The notes under the pieces were generated by a model. The model did no database searches, was not told the origin of the DNA, and saw only the letters and a list, made by a program, of their open reading frames with translations. A DNA stretch of 63,969 bases, the filler included, from an uncultured Methanosarcinales archaeon (GTDB lineage: Archaea; Nanobdellota; Nanobdellia; Woesearchaeales; CAZKBD01), in assembly GCA_964550945.1 (NCBI GenBank). It is 3 parts of 3 records of this genome, joined end to end, with 100 filler letters (N's around TTAATTAATTAA, not from the genome) between each part and the next. Parts side by side here need not be neighbours in the genome. Positions count along the whole stretch, not along the records: positions 1 to 24,106 come from CAZKBD010000020.1; 2 more parts are not named here. One strand, 5' to 3'. A program made the position numbers and the translations under genes. Shown here piece after piece: positions 9,980-18,807 of the stretch; within the stretch, counting starts at the first letter, position 1, and the number at the start of each line of letters is the position of its first letter.

Positions 9980-11178
9980 AAAAAGGGTATTTTGGCAGAT
10001 ATGGTGGCAGATTTGTCCCAGAAACATTGATGCCAGCTTGTGAAGAGCTTGAAGCTGCTTTTAATAAATACAAGAATAACAAAAAATTCAAGAGCGAGTT
10101 TGAAAAGTTATTAAGAGTGTACGTAGGAAGGCCAACACCATTGACATTTTGTGAGAACCTTTCTAAAAAACTATGCTGTAAAGTCTATCTAAAGAGAGAG
10201 GATTTGGCTCATACAGGCGCCCATAAGATAAATAATGCTCTTGGCCAGGCGCTGTTAGCAAAATATATGGGCAAAAAAAGGATTATTGCTGAGACAGGAG
10301 CAGGGCAACATGGAGTTGCAGCAGCAACAGCAGCCGCTAAATTGAAATTAGAATGTGAAATTTATATGGGAACAACTGACATTGAAAGGCAAAAGCTCAA
10401 TGTGGTCAGAATGAAATTGCTTGGGGCAAAAGTAAATCCTGTTTCAACAGGCTCAAAAACACTTAAGGACGCGATTAATGAAGCGCTTAGAGACTGGACT
10501 ACAAACGTGAAAACAACACACTATCTGCTTGGCTCTGTTCTTGGGCCTCATCCTTATCCCACAATGATCGCTCATTTTCAAAGCATGATAGGAAAAGAAA
10601 CGAGGAGACAGGTAATAGAGCTAGAGGGCAAGCTTCCTGATGCTGTTATTGCGTGTGTTGGCGGCGGCAGCAATGCAATTGGGATATTTAAGGGATTCAT
10701 TAAAGACAAGAATGTTAGGTTGATAGGTGTAGAAGCCGGCGGTCTTGGCATAATCTCAAAAAAACATGCCGCAAGGTTTGCAGACAGAAAAGTTGGAAGG
10801 CCCGGAATTGTCCATGGCACTTTCACTTACATACTGCAAGATATATATGGCCAGATCATGAATACTCATTCGATATCAGCAGGCCTTGATTATTGCGCAG
10901 TTGGCCCAGAGCACGCAATGTTAAGAGAAATGAAAAGAGCAGAATATGGCTATGCAACTGACAAAGAAACATTAGATGCATTCCAATTGTTAAGCAAGGA
11001 AGAAGGATTGATTCCAGCTTTGGAATCAGCTCATGCTGTTGCTTATCTGATAAAAAATGCAAAAAGGTTCAGGAGTAAGATTGTCATTGTTAATCTATCA
11101 GGAAGAGGAGATAAAGATGTTTATGTTGCTGCGGAAGAATTGGGTGTAAGGATACAAGAAGATAAGGTGTTATGTTAA
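9976..11178 (+). CDS. trpB: Tryptophan synthase beta chain (TrpB1)
   Basis: [47 protein letters not shown]. Confidence 0.98.
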   Translation: MKKGYFGRYGGRFVPETLMPACEELEAAFNKYKNNKKFKSEFEKLLRVYVGRPTPLTFCENLSKKLCCKVYLKREDLAHTGAHKINNALGQALLAKYMGKKRIIAETGAGQHGVAAATAAAKLKLECEIYMGTTDIERQKLNVVRMKLLGAKVNPVSTGSKTLKDAINEALRDWTTNVKTTHYLLGSVLGPHPYPTMIAHFQSMIGKETRRQVIELEGKLPDAVIACVGGGSNAIGIFKGFIKDKNVRLIGVEAGGLGIISKKHAARFADRKVGRPGIVHGTFTYILQDIYGQIMNTHSISAGLDYCAVGPEHAMLREMKRAEYGYATDKETLDAFQLLSKEEGLIPALESAHAVAYLIKNAKRFRSKIVIVNLSGRGDKDVYVAAEELGVRIQEDKVLC

Positions 11179-11216
11179 TTTTCTTGTTAACAACCAAAAC
11201 ATATAAATATAACCTA

Positions 11217-11258
11217 TATACTTCTAAAGGTATAATATGATATACTTAGAGGTATAAT
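11217..11258 (+). promoter_or_regulatory. Tandem imperfect palindromes, candidate autoregulatory operator of the MNT-HEPN pair
   Basis: TATACTTctaaAGGTATAAT (11217-11236) and TATACTTagAGGTATAAT (11241-11258), directly before ATG 11260. Confidence 0.55.
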
Positions 11259-11259
11259 C

Positions 11260-11856
11260 ATGCTATTTACAAAAACACAGATAAAAACACTAAAGCTGAT
11301 TTGTTCAACTATAACCAAGTCTTACAGCATTAGGGCTATTTCTAGAAGCGTAAAACAGAGTTATCCGCTTACTTACCACTCAACAAAAGATTTAATAAAA
11401 AAAGGATTCATTATAGAGGATGAACACAGATTGTTAAGTTTAAATTATAAATCTAATTTTCAGGATTTGGCTTATATAGAGTCACTAAGAGCAGAAGAAT
11501 TCATGAAAAAACATAAGGATACCATGTTTTTTTTTGAAGAAATCCTAAAAAAAATGGAAAGCTTCTTTATACTGCTGGTTTTTGGTTCTTATGCTATTGG
11601 AAGAGAGACAAAAAATTCAGATGTAGATGTGTTGATGATAATTGAAAAAACAGAAGATGCTGACAAAGAGGAAAAATTCTTAAATAGGGTAGCTGATATA
11701 TACCTAGAAAAACACCATTGCAGCGTTGTTGGTAAAGAAAGCGTAAAAGAAATGATTAAAGAAAGGGATAAATTGAATGTTATGAATGAAACATTTAATA
11801 AGCACATTATATTTTTTGGGGCTGAGGACTATTATAGGTTGATAAAGGAAAGGTAA
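11260..11856 (+). CDS. HTH + minimal nucleotidyltransferase (MNT) antitoxin-type protein
   Basis: N-terminal wHTH; FGSYAIGRETKNSDVD (GSx10DxD). Confidence 0.88.
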   Translation: MLFTKTQIKTLKLICSTITKSYSIRAISRSVKQSYPLTYHSTKDLIKKGFIIEDEHRLLSLNYKSNFQDLAYIESLRAEEFMKKHKDTMFFFEEILKKMESFFILLVFGSYAIGRETKNSDVDVLMIIEKTEDADKEEKFLNRVADIYLEKHHCSVVGKESVKEMIKERDKLNVMNETFNKHIIFFGAEDYYRLIKER

Positions 11857-11857
11857 A

Positions 11858-12469
11858 ATGCTTGATGATAAAGAAATTGAAAAAATTAAGAAATTGGTTC
11901 CAAGGTTATTAGAAGAAGGTTTGATAAAAAAGAATGAAGACTATAAAAAACTAACGGCGTTTTTTATTGAAAATGCAAGGGATTCATTAGACTCTGCAAG
12001 ATTATTGTTGGACGTGTCTACAAACAACAAATTAATGGAAGCAACAGGTTTTAAAAATTTTAAAGGTTATTTATGGGCAATTAATGCTTCTTATTACTCT
12101 ATGTATTATATGGCAAATGCATTATTGACTTCAGAGGGCATCAAGATAGTATCAGAAAGGGGGGTTCATAAGATTGCATTCAACACATTTGCTTATTATT
12201 TTTATTTGACTGGCAAAATAACCAAAAAATACATAGAAGAATTTTTGGAAGCGCAAAGTGATTCAGAGGAATTATTGGGCAGAGAAGAAATTGTAAAAGA
12301 GGCAGATATTAAAGCAAAAAAGCTCGTGTCTGATTTAGCTTATGAAAGTGAAAAAAGGAATGTTTTTACTTATGAATTAGAAAGGACGAGGATAGAATCA
12401 AAAGCAAAGACGTCCATTGAGAGGGCAAAAAGTTTCTTAATAGAGACTATGAAACTGTTGAAGGAATAA
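11858..12469 (+). CDS. HEPN domain protein (MNT partner)
   Basis: SYYSMYYMANALL, RGVHK, KRNVFTY; adjacent to MNT. Confidence 0.82.
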   Translation: MLDDKEIEKIKKLVPRLLEEGLIKKNEDYKKLTAFFIENARDSLDSARLLLDVSTNNKLMEATGFKNFKGYLWAINASYYSMYYMANALLTSEGIKIVSERGVHKIAFNTFAYYFYLTGKITKKYIEEFLEAQSDSEELLGREEIVKEADIKAKKLVSDLAYESEKRNVFTYELERTRIESKAKTSIERAKSFLIETMKLLKE

Positions 12470-12511
12470 AAGAATAAGTTTAAAAATGATGTTGCCATAA
12501 CTTATAATAAG

Positions 12512-13321
12512 ATGAACCGTTATAAAAAAGCGTTTAATAATTTGAAAAAAAGGAAGGAAAAAGCATTAATTCCATTTGTTGTAGCTGGTGATCCAAATTA
12601 TCATGTTAGTTTGGATATAGTCCAACATATTATTGATGCTGGCGCTGACATTCTTGAAATTGGATTTGCGTTTAGTGAGCCGATTGCAGATGGCCCAACA
12701 ATCCAGGCAGCCGGTGTCCGCGCTTTAAAGGCAGGAGTAAACACAGACAGAAATTTTAAATTTATTAAAGAAATAAGAAAATATAACAGCAAAATCCCTA
12801 TAGGCATCCTGATTTATGCAAATCTTGTTTACCAAAGGGGGATTGAGAGATTCTACAAAGAGGCTGCAGCATCAGGAATTGATTCTGTTTTAGTTGCTGA
12901 CTTGCCAATAGAAGAGGCTAAGCCTTACATAAAAGCAGCAAGAAAAAATAAGGTTAACACCGTTTTTATTGTAAGCCCTTTAACAGATAAAAAAAGGCTA
13001 AAAAAGATATTAAAAAATGTCGAAGGCTTTGTTTATGTTGTTTCAAGATTGGGGGTTACAGGAGCAAAAAAAGAGCTGCAAGCAGACACCTTAAGATTAA
13101 TAAAAGGTATAAGGCCAAATACAAAGCTGCCTTTATGTGTTGGATTTGGCATATCAAAGCCAGAGCATGTCAAGGCTGTTTTAAAGGCTGGAGCAGATGG
13201 AGCTATTGTTGGAAGTGCTATTGTCAAGATTATTGAGAAGAATTTAAATAAAAGGATAGTAATTCTAAACAAGATAGAGAATTATGTGAGGCTATTGAAG
13301 AATGCCACAAAAAATCATTGA
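12512..13321 (+). CDS. trpA: Tryptophan synthase alpha chain
   Basis: AGDP, LEIG, PIADGPTIQ, SRLGVTG, VGFGIS, ADGAIVGSA. Confidence 0.97.
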   Translation: MNRYKKAFNNLKKRKEKALIPFVVAGDPNYHVSLDIVQHIIDAGADILEIGFAFSEPIADGPTIQAAGVRALKAGVNTDRNFKFIKEIRKYNSKIPIGILIYANLVYQRGIERFYKEAAASGIDSVLVADLPIEEAKPYIKAARKNKVNTVFIVSPLTDKKRLKKILKNVEGFVYVVSRLGVTGAKKELQADTLRLIKGIRPNTKLPLCVGFGISKPEHVKAVLKAGADGAIVGSAIVKIIEKNLNKRIVILNKIENYVRLLKNATKNH

Positions 13322-14388
13322 TCCCTACAGCTCAGAGTTGATAGAGGATTATGCGAAGATTGTGAAGGATTTTGGTTTAGAGAGTTTTAACTCTAAAGAT
13401 TTCCCTAACCCTAACAGGCTGATGAGAAGAGGCATTGTTTTTGCAGGCCGGGATTTAAAGATCATATCGGATTGCATCAAAGAAAAAAAGCCATTTTATG
13501 TTCTTTCAGGAATAATGCCAACTGCTGAAAAGATCCATCTTGGCACAAAGATGGTCGTTGAAAACATCAAATATTTCCAGGATCATGGGGCAAAAACATA
13601 CATTTTAGTCGCAGACCTTGAAAGCAGCGCTGCTCGTGGTGTTTCTTTAGAAACTGCAAGGAAAAATGCTCTCGAGTTTCAAATACCTGCTTACCTTGCT
13701 CTGGGATTAGACCCAAAAAAAACCACTTTTTATTTTCAATCTGATAATAAACAAGTAGTTCACCTAGCTTATGAATTCTCCAAAAAGATAACATTAAGTG
13801 AGTTCAAAGCCATATACGGAACAGCGGATCCAAGCAGGATAGTATCAGCTTTAACACAAGCTGGAGACATTCTTTATCCGCAATTGGAAGAGAGGATGCC
13901 CGGCATTATTCCTGTTGGCGTTGACCAAGATCCACATATAAGGCTCACTAGAGATATAGTAAGNNNNNNNNNNAAAATTCTTTCTGCCATCAGGTTTATA
14001 CCACAAATTTATGCCAAGCTTGGACGGTTCCTTAAAGATGTCAAAATCAAAGCCAGATAGTTATATTGAATTGCCTGAAGATATCCATAGTGCTTGCAAA
14101 AAGATTAGAAAAGCTGTGACTGGAGGCAGGGCTACTTTAGAAGAGCACCAAAGATTAGGGGCTGAGGTAGACAAATGCATGGTTTTTGAGCTGTTAAAGC
14201 AGCACTTAGTAGAAGATGACAAAGAACTTGAAAATATATTTAATGATTATAAGTCTGGAGCAATGACTTCTGGCGAAATTAAGGATCTGGCATGCAGGAA
14301 GATAACCTTATTTATGGAAGACTTCAATAAGAAGCTGGAAAAAGCTAGAAAAATGGTAAATAAGCTGAATTTCGTTGAATTCAGATGA
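13302..14388 (+). CDS. trpS: Tryptophan--tRNA ligase (single gene split by 10-N gap at 13964-13973)
   Basis: HLGT (HIGH-like), PVGVDQDPHIRLTRD before the gap; YHKFMPSLDG and KMSKS after it. Confidence 0.93.
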
Positions 14389-14441
14389 AAGTTTCAATAA
14401 GATTTATATAGTCAAAAGATTTAAGCAAAAGAGGTGATAAA

Positions 14442-14639
14442 ATGGCACTTAACGTGGCTCCTTTGAAAGGAACATTTATGATCGCTAGTATAGTTGGTTT
14501 TTTTGTTTCTGCAATATATGTTTTGCCGAGATCAAAAAGCTGGGGTTTTGCTTTTACTCTAGTTTTTGTGATGATGCTGGTTGCTTCATTGATTTCAATG
14601 ACTTACTCTCCAATTGAGAGCGAACTAAATAATAAATAA
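14442..14639 (+). CDS. Small two-TM membrane protein
   Basis: Strong SD GAGGTGA; two hydrophobic helices. Confidence 0.75.
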   Translation: MALNVAPLKGTFMIASIVGFFVSAIYVLPRSKSWGFAFTLVFVMMLVASLISMTYSPIESELNNK

Positions 14640-14818
14640 AGGAGAAGGAAGCGTGATTGCCTCCTCCTTCTTAGTACTAAAATAGATTGAGTGCATCACC
14701 TCCATATTGGTTATATTATTTTTTATAGTATGGCTTTTATAAATACGTTGTGAAATGTTGGTAGAGAATAGGGATTCACAAAACGTTTAAATGAAATTGA
14801 GGAGTTGTTAACTGCAAA

Positions 14819-15499
14819 ATGGTATTGTATGTATATTCACCACAGTGGTTCTATGGTCTTGATTCTATATTTGAGGTAGTTTCAGTAATTGTAGGTTTAT
14901 TGATAGCATTCTATGGTTACAAGACATACAGGTATACCTCTCAAAGAAGATATCTGCATTTTGCTGCTTCCTTTTTTTTGGTGGCTTTTGCTTTTTTAAT
15001 AAATATCCTGTCTAACTTTATCTATTACACTAAGTCTTTAGAGAATAAAGTTATTGAGTTAACTGCCATTGATGTAGTTGTCATCAAGCAAATAACATGG
15101 GTTTCCAGATTTGGCTCCCTTATAGGCGTTTTTTTTATGCTGCTGGCTTTCCTGTTGTTGTTTATCACTGTATACAAGATAAATGACAAGAAAATCAATC
15201 TTTTATTGGTTTATTTGGTCTTTGTAGCAGCTCTTTACAGCAAACATTCGTTTATATTCTTTCATGGAACATTACTTGTTTTGATTAGCCTTATTTTTGC
15301 TTATTATTATAAGAACTATAGAGCTAAACACACTAAGAACCGGGTTTTTGTAGCTTTATCCTTCTTAATGATGGCCCTTAGCCAATTATTCTTTATGATA
15401 TCTGCTTTCAGCGGTTTTATGTTTGTTGCAGCTCAAACCGCGCAATTAGTAGGTTATCTGATTTTGCTTTTTACAATTATCTTAGTACTAAAAAAATGA
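14819..15499 (+). CDS. 7-TM membrane protein (possible sensor)
   Basis: About seven hydrophobic segments; ATGA overlap with the downstream wHTH gene. Confidence 0.75.
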   Translation: MVLYVYSPQWFYGLDSIFEVVSVIVGLLIAFYGYKTYRYTSQRRYLHFAASFFLVAFAFLINILSNFIYYTKSLENKVIELTAIDVVVIKQITWVSRFGSLIGVFFMLLAFLLLFITVYKINDKKINLLLVYLVFVAALYSKHSFIFFHGTLLVLISLIFAYYYKNYRAKHTKNRVFVALSFLMMALSQLFFMISAFSGFMFVAAQTAQLVGYLILLFTIILVLKK

Positions 15500-15768
15500 A
15501 CTTAAGAAGAACAAAAATTGAAATAATTAACGATATACTGAAATCAATACAAGAAAAAGGAGGTAAGATTAAGCCCACTCATCTTCTGTATAAATCTAAT
15601 CTGTCTCATACAAAAATGAAAGAGTATGTCAGCGAACTAAAGAATAAAGAGATGATTTCTGAGGATCTGGAAGACGAAAACAGGTATTTTAGGATAACAG
15701 ACAAAGGCCTTAAATATATATCAGAATACAAGAAGATAATGGAGTTTTCAGATTCTTTTGGTTTGTAA
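15496..15768 (+). CDS. Archaeal winged-helix transcriptional regulator
   Basis: RRTKIEIINDIL...KPTHLLYKSNLS...ITDKG pattern. Confidence 0.85.
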   Translation: MNLRRTKIEIINDILKSIQEKGGKIKPTHLLYKSNLSHTKMKEYVSELKNKEMISEDLEDENRYFRITDKGLKYISEYKKIMEFSDSFGL

Positions 15769-15953
15769 AAATATATAGATGTATAGGCGGAAGCGCCTTC
15801 TTCTAAAACAATTAAGTTGGGTTTAGTAGATTTAAATGCGTATATGCCATTTAAAAACCTTATGAATCTCAGTTCCCTATCCTCACTTCATAATCTATTT
15901 ATAAGCCCTCGATTAAGTATATACTACAACTAAACACCTTTGATGATAAATTC

Positions 15954-15994
15954 GCTGGCTTCAGGTTTGAGACACCTCTTTTCCTGAAGCCAGC
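15954..15994 (+). other. Strong GC-rich hairpin followed by a T-tract (possible sRNA or terminator)
   Basis: Perfect 12-bp stem GCTGGCTTCAGG/CCTGAAGCCAGC. Confidence 0.55.
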
Positions 15995-16059
15995 AAACCT
16001 CCCTTTTTCTTTTAAAACAAAAGCTTTTTATTTGATTAGGAATTCTTGTCAGTAGTAAA

Positions 16060-16947
16060 ATGGCAGAAAATACTGAAAAAGGAACTTATCTCTTAAAGAA
16101 AGGCCTGGCTGAGATGCTAAAGGGCGGCGTAATCATGGATGTTGTTGATGCGCAGCAGGCAAAGATAGCTGAGAAAGCCGGAGCAGTAGCAGTTATGGCT
16201 CTAGAAAGGGTCCCTGCTGATATCAGGGCAGATGGTGGGGTTGCCAGAATGTCTGATCCAAAGATAATCAAGCAGATTATGAGCGCTGTTTCCATACCAG
16301 TCATGGCAAAATGCAGGATAGGCCATTTTGCAGAAGCGAAGATATTGGAAGTGTTAGGTGTTGATTATATTGATGAAAGTGAAGTTCTAACGCCCGCAGA
16401 TGAAAAACACCATATCAACAAGCGCTTATTTAAGGTTCCTTTTGTATGCGGAGCTCGTGACTTAGGAGAAGCGCTAAGGCGGATTAACGAAGGAGCAGCA
16501 ATGATAAGGACTAAAGGAGAAGCTGGAACAGGCAATGTTGTAGAGGCTGTGAAGCATATGAGAATGATGAATGAGCAGATTGAAAGTTTAAAAAATAAGG
16601 GCTATGAGCATCTTGAGAAGATTGCAAAGCAGATGAGGGTTCCGGTTGCTTTAGTGAGAGAAGCTGCTAAGCTTCAAAGATTGCCTTTGGTGAATTTTGC
16701 AGCTGGGGGCATTGCAACGCCCGCAGATGCAGCAATGATGATGCATCTTGGCTGCGATGGCATATTTGTTGGCTCAGGAATTTTTAAATCTACAGATCCT
16801 GAAACACGGGCTAGAGCAATAGTTGAAGCTACAACCCATTTTGACAATCCATCAATTTTAGCTAAAGTCTCAGAAGGTATTGGAGAGCCAATGAAGGGCT
16901 TGGAAATATCAAAATTAGACACTAAAATGCAAGACAGGGGAGTTTAA
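16060..16947 (+). CDS. pdxS: Pyridoxal 5'-phosphate synthase lyase subunit
   Basis: [41 protein letters not shown]. Confidence 0.98.
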   Translation: MAENTEKGTYLLKKGLAEMLKGGVIMDVVDAQQAKIAEKAGAVAVMALERVPADIRADGGVARMSDPKIIKQIMSAVSIPVMAKCRIGHFAEAKILEVLGVDYIDESEVLTPADEKHHINKRLFKVPFVCGARDLGEALRRINEGAAMIRTKGEAGTGNVVEAVKHMRMMNEQIESLKNKGYEHLEKIAKQMRVPVALVREAAKLQRLPLVNFAAGGIATPADAAMMMHLGCDGIFVGSGIFKSTDPETRARAIVEATTHFDNPSILAKVSEGIGEPMKGLEISKLDTKMQDRGV

Positions 16948-16951
16948 TTCT

Positions 16952-17524
16952 ATGAAAATAGGGGTATTAGCCCTGCAAGGGTCAGTTATAGAACATATAG
17001 ATACTCTGAAGAAATTAAAAGTAAATGCTGTAGAAGTAAGGCTGCCAGAAGAGTTGGATGATCTAGATGGATTGATTATTCCTGGCGGTGAATCAACTAC
17101 TATTGGGGATCTAATGAATCAATATGGTTTAGATAAAGGTATAGTTGAAAAATATAACAAAGGCATGTCAATATATGGAACGTGCGCAGGAGCTATATTA
17201 TTAGCAAAATATGTTGATTTTGTCCAGCCAAAGCTTGGCTTGATGGATATCTCCATAACTAGAAATGGTTATGGGAGGCAGATTGACAGTTTCGAAGCTG
17301 ATTTGAATATTGAAAAAATAGGAAAATTTAGGGGGGTTTTTATCCGAGCTCCAATAGTAGATTGTGTGCATGATGGTGTTAAGATACTTGCCCAATTCAA
17401 CAACATGCCAGTTATGGCAGAGCAAGGCCATTTGCTAATCACAACATTCCATCCAGAACTAACTGATGATACAAGAGTGCATAAATATTTCATTGATATG
17501 GTGAAGTTTAACAGGATGTTGTAG
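16952..17524 (+). CDS. pdxT: Pyridoxal 5'-phosphate synthase glutaminase subunit
   Basis: GVLALQG, PGGESTT, GTCAG, FIRAP, FHPEL. Confidence 0.98.
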   Translation: MKIGVLALQGSVIEHIDTLKKLKVNAVEVRLPEELDDLDGLIIPGGESTTIGDLMNQYGLDKGIVEKYNKGMSIYGTCAGAILLAKYVDFVQPKLGLMDISITRNGYGRQIDSFEADLNIEKIGKFRGVFIRAPIVDCVHDGVKILAQFNNMPVMAEQGHLLITTFHPELTDDTRVHKYFIDMVKFNRML

Positions 17525-17535
17525 ATTTATGATGC

Positions 17536-18807
17536 CTATTTGCTGTCTTTCACAAAAACAGCAATCTCCATTTCTGTTTTGCCATGCATAATCTTTCTTT
17601 CGTGGTTTACTTTAAATTTATATTTTTCAGCAGACTTTCTAAGAAGCGCTGTTGAAGGGCTTATTAAGGTTACACTTCCACTCTTTTTTAATATGTATTC
17701 TGCCTGATAAAACAGGTTATCATACATCTTTTCTATGTCTTTAGGGTTAGTGTTCTGCGTTAATTGAGGCGGCTGGGTGATTATCTTGTCCACAGAGCAT
17801 TTCTTAAATTTTATATCAACCCAGTCGATATCCACCCTGCTGAATGTGATTTGCTTTTGGATTCCTGCGATCTTTGCATTCTTTCTTGCTGATTGGATGT
17901 AATGCAGAACAAGGTCATATCCATATATTCTTGTTTTTTTCTTGCTAATCTTTTTATCCACTTCTTTAAAGAGTTTGTCAAATTTAATTTTTTGAAGCTC
18001 TTTCAGTTTTAAAAATTGGAATTTTTCCTTTCTGTAGAAGTTTATTGGCATTTTAGCGGCAAAGAGAGCTGCTTCTATTAAGATTGAGCCTGAACCGCAG
18101 AAAGGATCAAGCGATAGGTCTTCTGGTTCATACCCTGCTATTCTTGATAAAGAATACGCAATAGTCGCCCTTAATTCACGCGGGCAACAGAATATCCTGT
18201 AATCCCGTTTATGCAAATCAAACCCAGACAGATCGATGCCAAGATAGCACATACCATTGATAATGTAAACAAAGAGAATAACATCCGGGTTTTCAAGATC
18301 CACCTTTTGTGCATATTTTTTTTCTTTTTTTATTCTGTCGATGATCAGTTCTCCTACTCTTGCGTTAATTTCTTCGCTGTTTATGGCGTTATCAATTTTT
18401 TTATTTGATATCCTGAATGTTGTTTTCTTGTCCAGCCATTCCTGAAGCTTAATCTTGTTTACAATCCCGCTTATTTTTGTGTAAAAATCTTCAGGATCAC
18501 TAAAACAAAAATGGCCTAATAACAGAAGAATTTTTTCCAATGACTGCGCTTCATAACACAGCTTGCATAAATCCAAAATCTCTTTTGTTTGGATTATCAC
18601 ACAGCCTTCTTTAATGTCTGTTTTTGCTTTTGTGATTTCCTTTATGTCAAAAATCGAAGATTCATCAAAAATCATAGATTTTTGAGTGTGATCAAAAAAG
18701 CTTTGCTTTTTTGACATTTGAGCATACTCAGAAATCTTTAGGATTTCTGATATTTCAAGAGCAGCTATATCTTCTATTCCTTTTGAGGTTATTGCAAGCC
18801 CTTCCAT
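17536..18807 (-). CDS. THUMP-domain RNA methyltransferase (Trm14/RlmL-like) with in-frame palindromic insertion
   Basis: VDLENPD, LHKRDYR, DPFCGSGSILIEAA; motif IV reads QPPQ. Confidence 0.85.
   Translation of the reverse strand: MEGLAITSKGIEDIAALEISEILKISEYAQMSKKQSFFDHTQKSMIFDESSIFDIKEITKAKTDIKEGCVIIQTKEILDLCKLCYEAQSLEKILLLLGHFCFSDPEDFYTKISGIVNKIKLQEWLDKKTTFRISNKKIDNAINSEEINARVGELIIDRIKKEKKYAQKVDLENPDVILFVYIINGMCYLGIDLSGFDLHKRDYRIFCCPRELRATIAYSLSRIAGYEPEDLSLDPFCGSGSILIEAALFAAKMPINFYRKEKFQFLKLKELQKIKFDKLFKEVDKKISKKKTRIYGYDLVLHYIQSARKNAKIAGIQKQITFSRVDIDWVDIKFKKCSVDKIITQPPQLTQNTNPKDIEKMYDNLFYQAEYILKKSGSVTLISPSTALLRKSAEKYKFKVNHERKIMHGKTEMEIAVFVKDSK
18646..18750. repeat. 105-bp array of short palindromes inserted in frame, flanked by 3-bp direct repeat
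   Basis: TCAAAAATC-ata-GATTTTTGA, TCAAAAAAGC-ttt-GCTTTTTTGA, TCAGAAATC-tttag-GATTTCTGA; TAT on both sides. Confidence 0.8.

Noticed and set aside
13964..13973. Apparent split or frameshift of trpS
   Set aside because: The frame change coincides with a placeholder 10-N gap, and both halves are intact TrpRS sequence.
15921..15933. 13-mer ATACTACAACTAA shared with 23537-23549
   Set aside because: Matches of this length are expected by chance in 64 kb of AT-rich DNA.
15941..15988. Box C (TGATGA) and box D (CTGA) suggesting a C/D sRNA
   Set aside because: The CTGA lies inside the 12-bp stem and no convincing C'/D' boxes are visible; kept only as a generic sRNA candidate.
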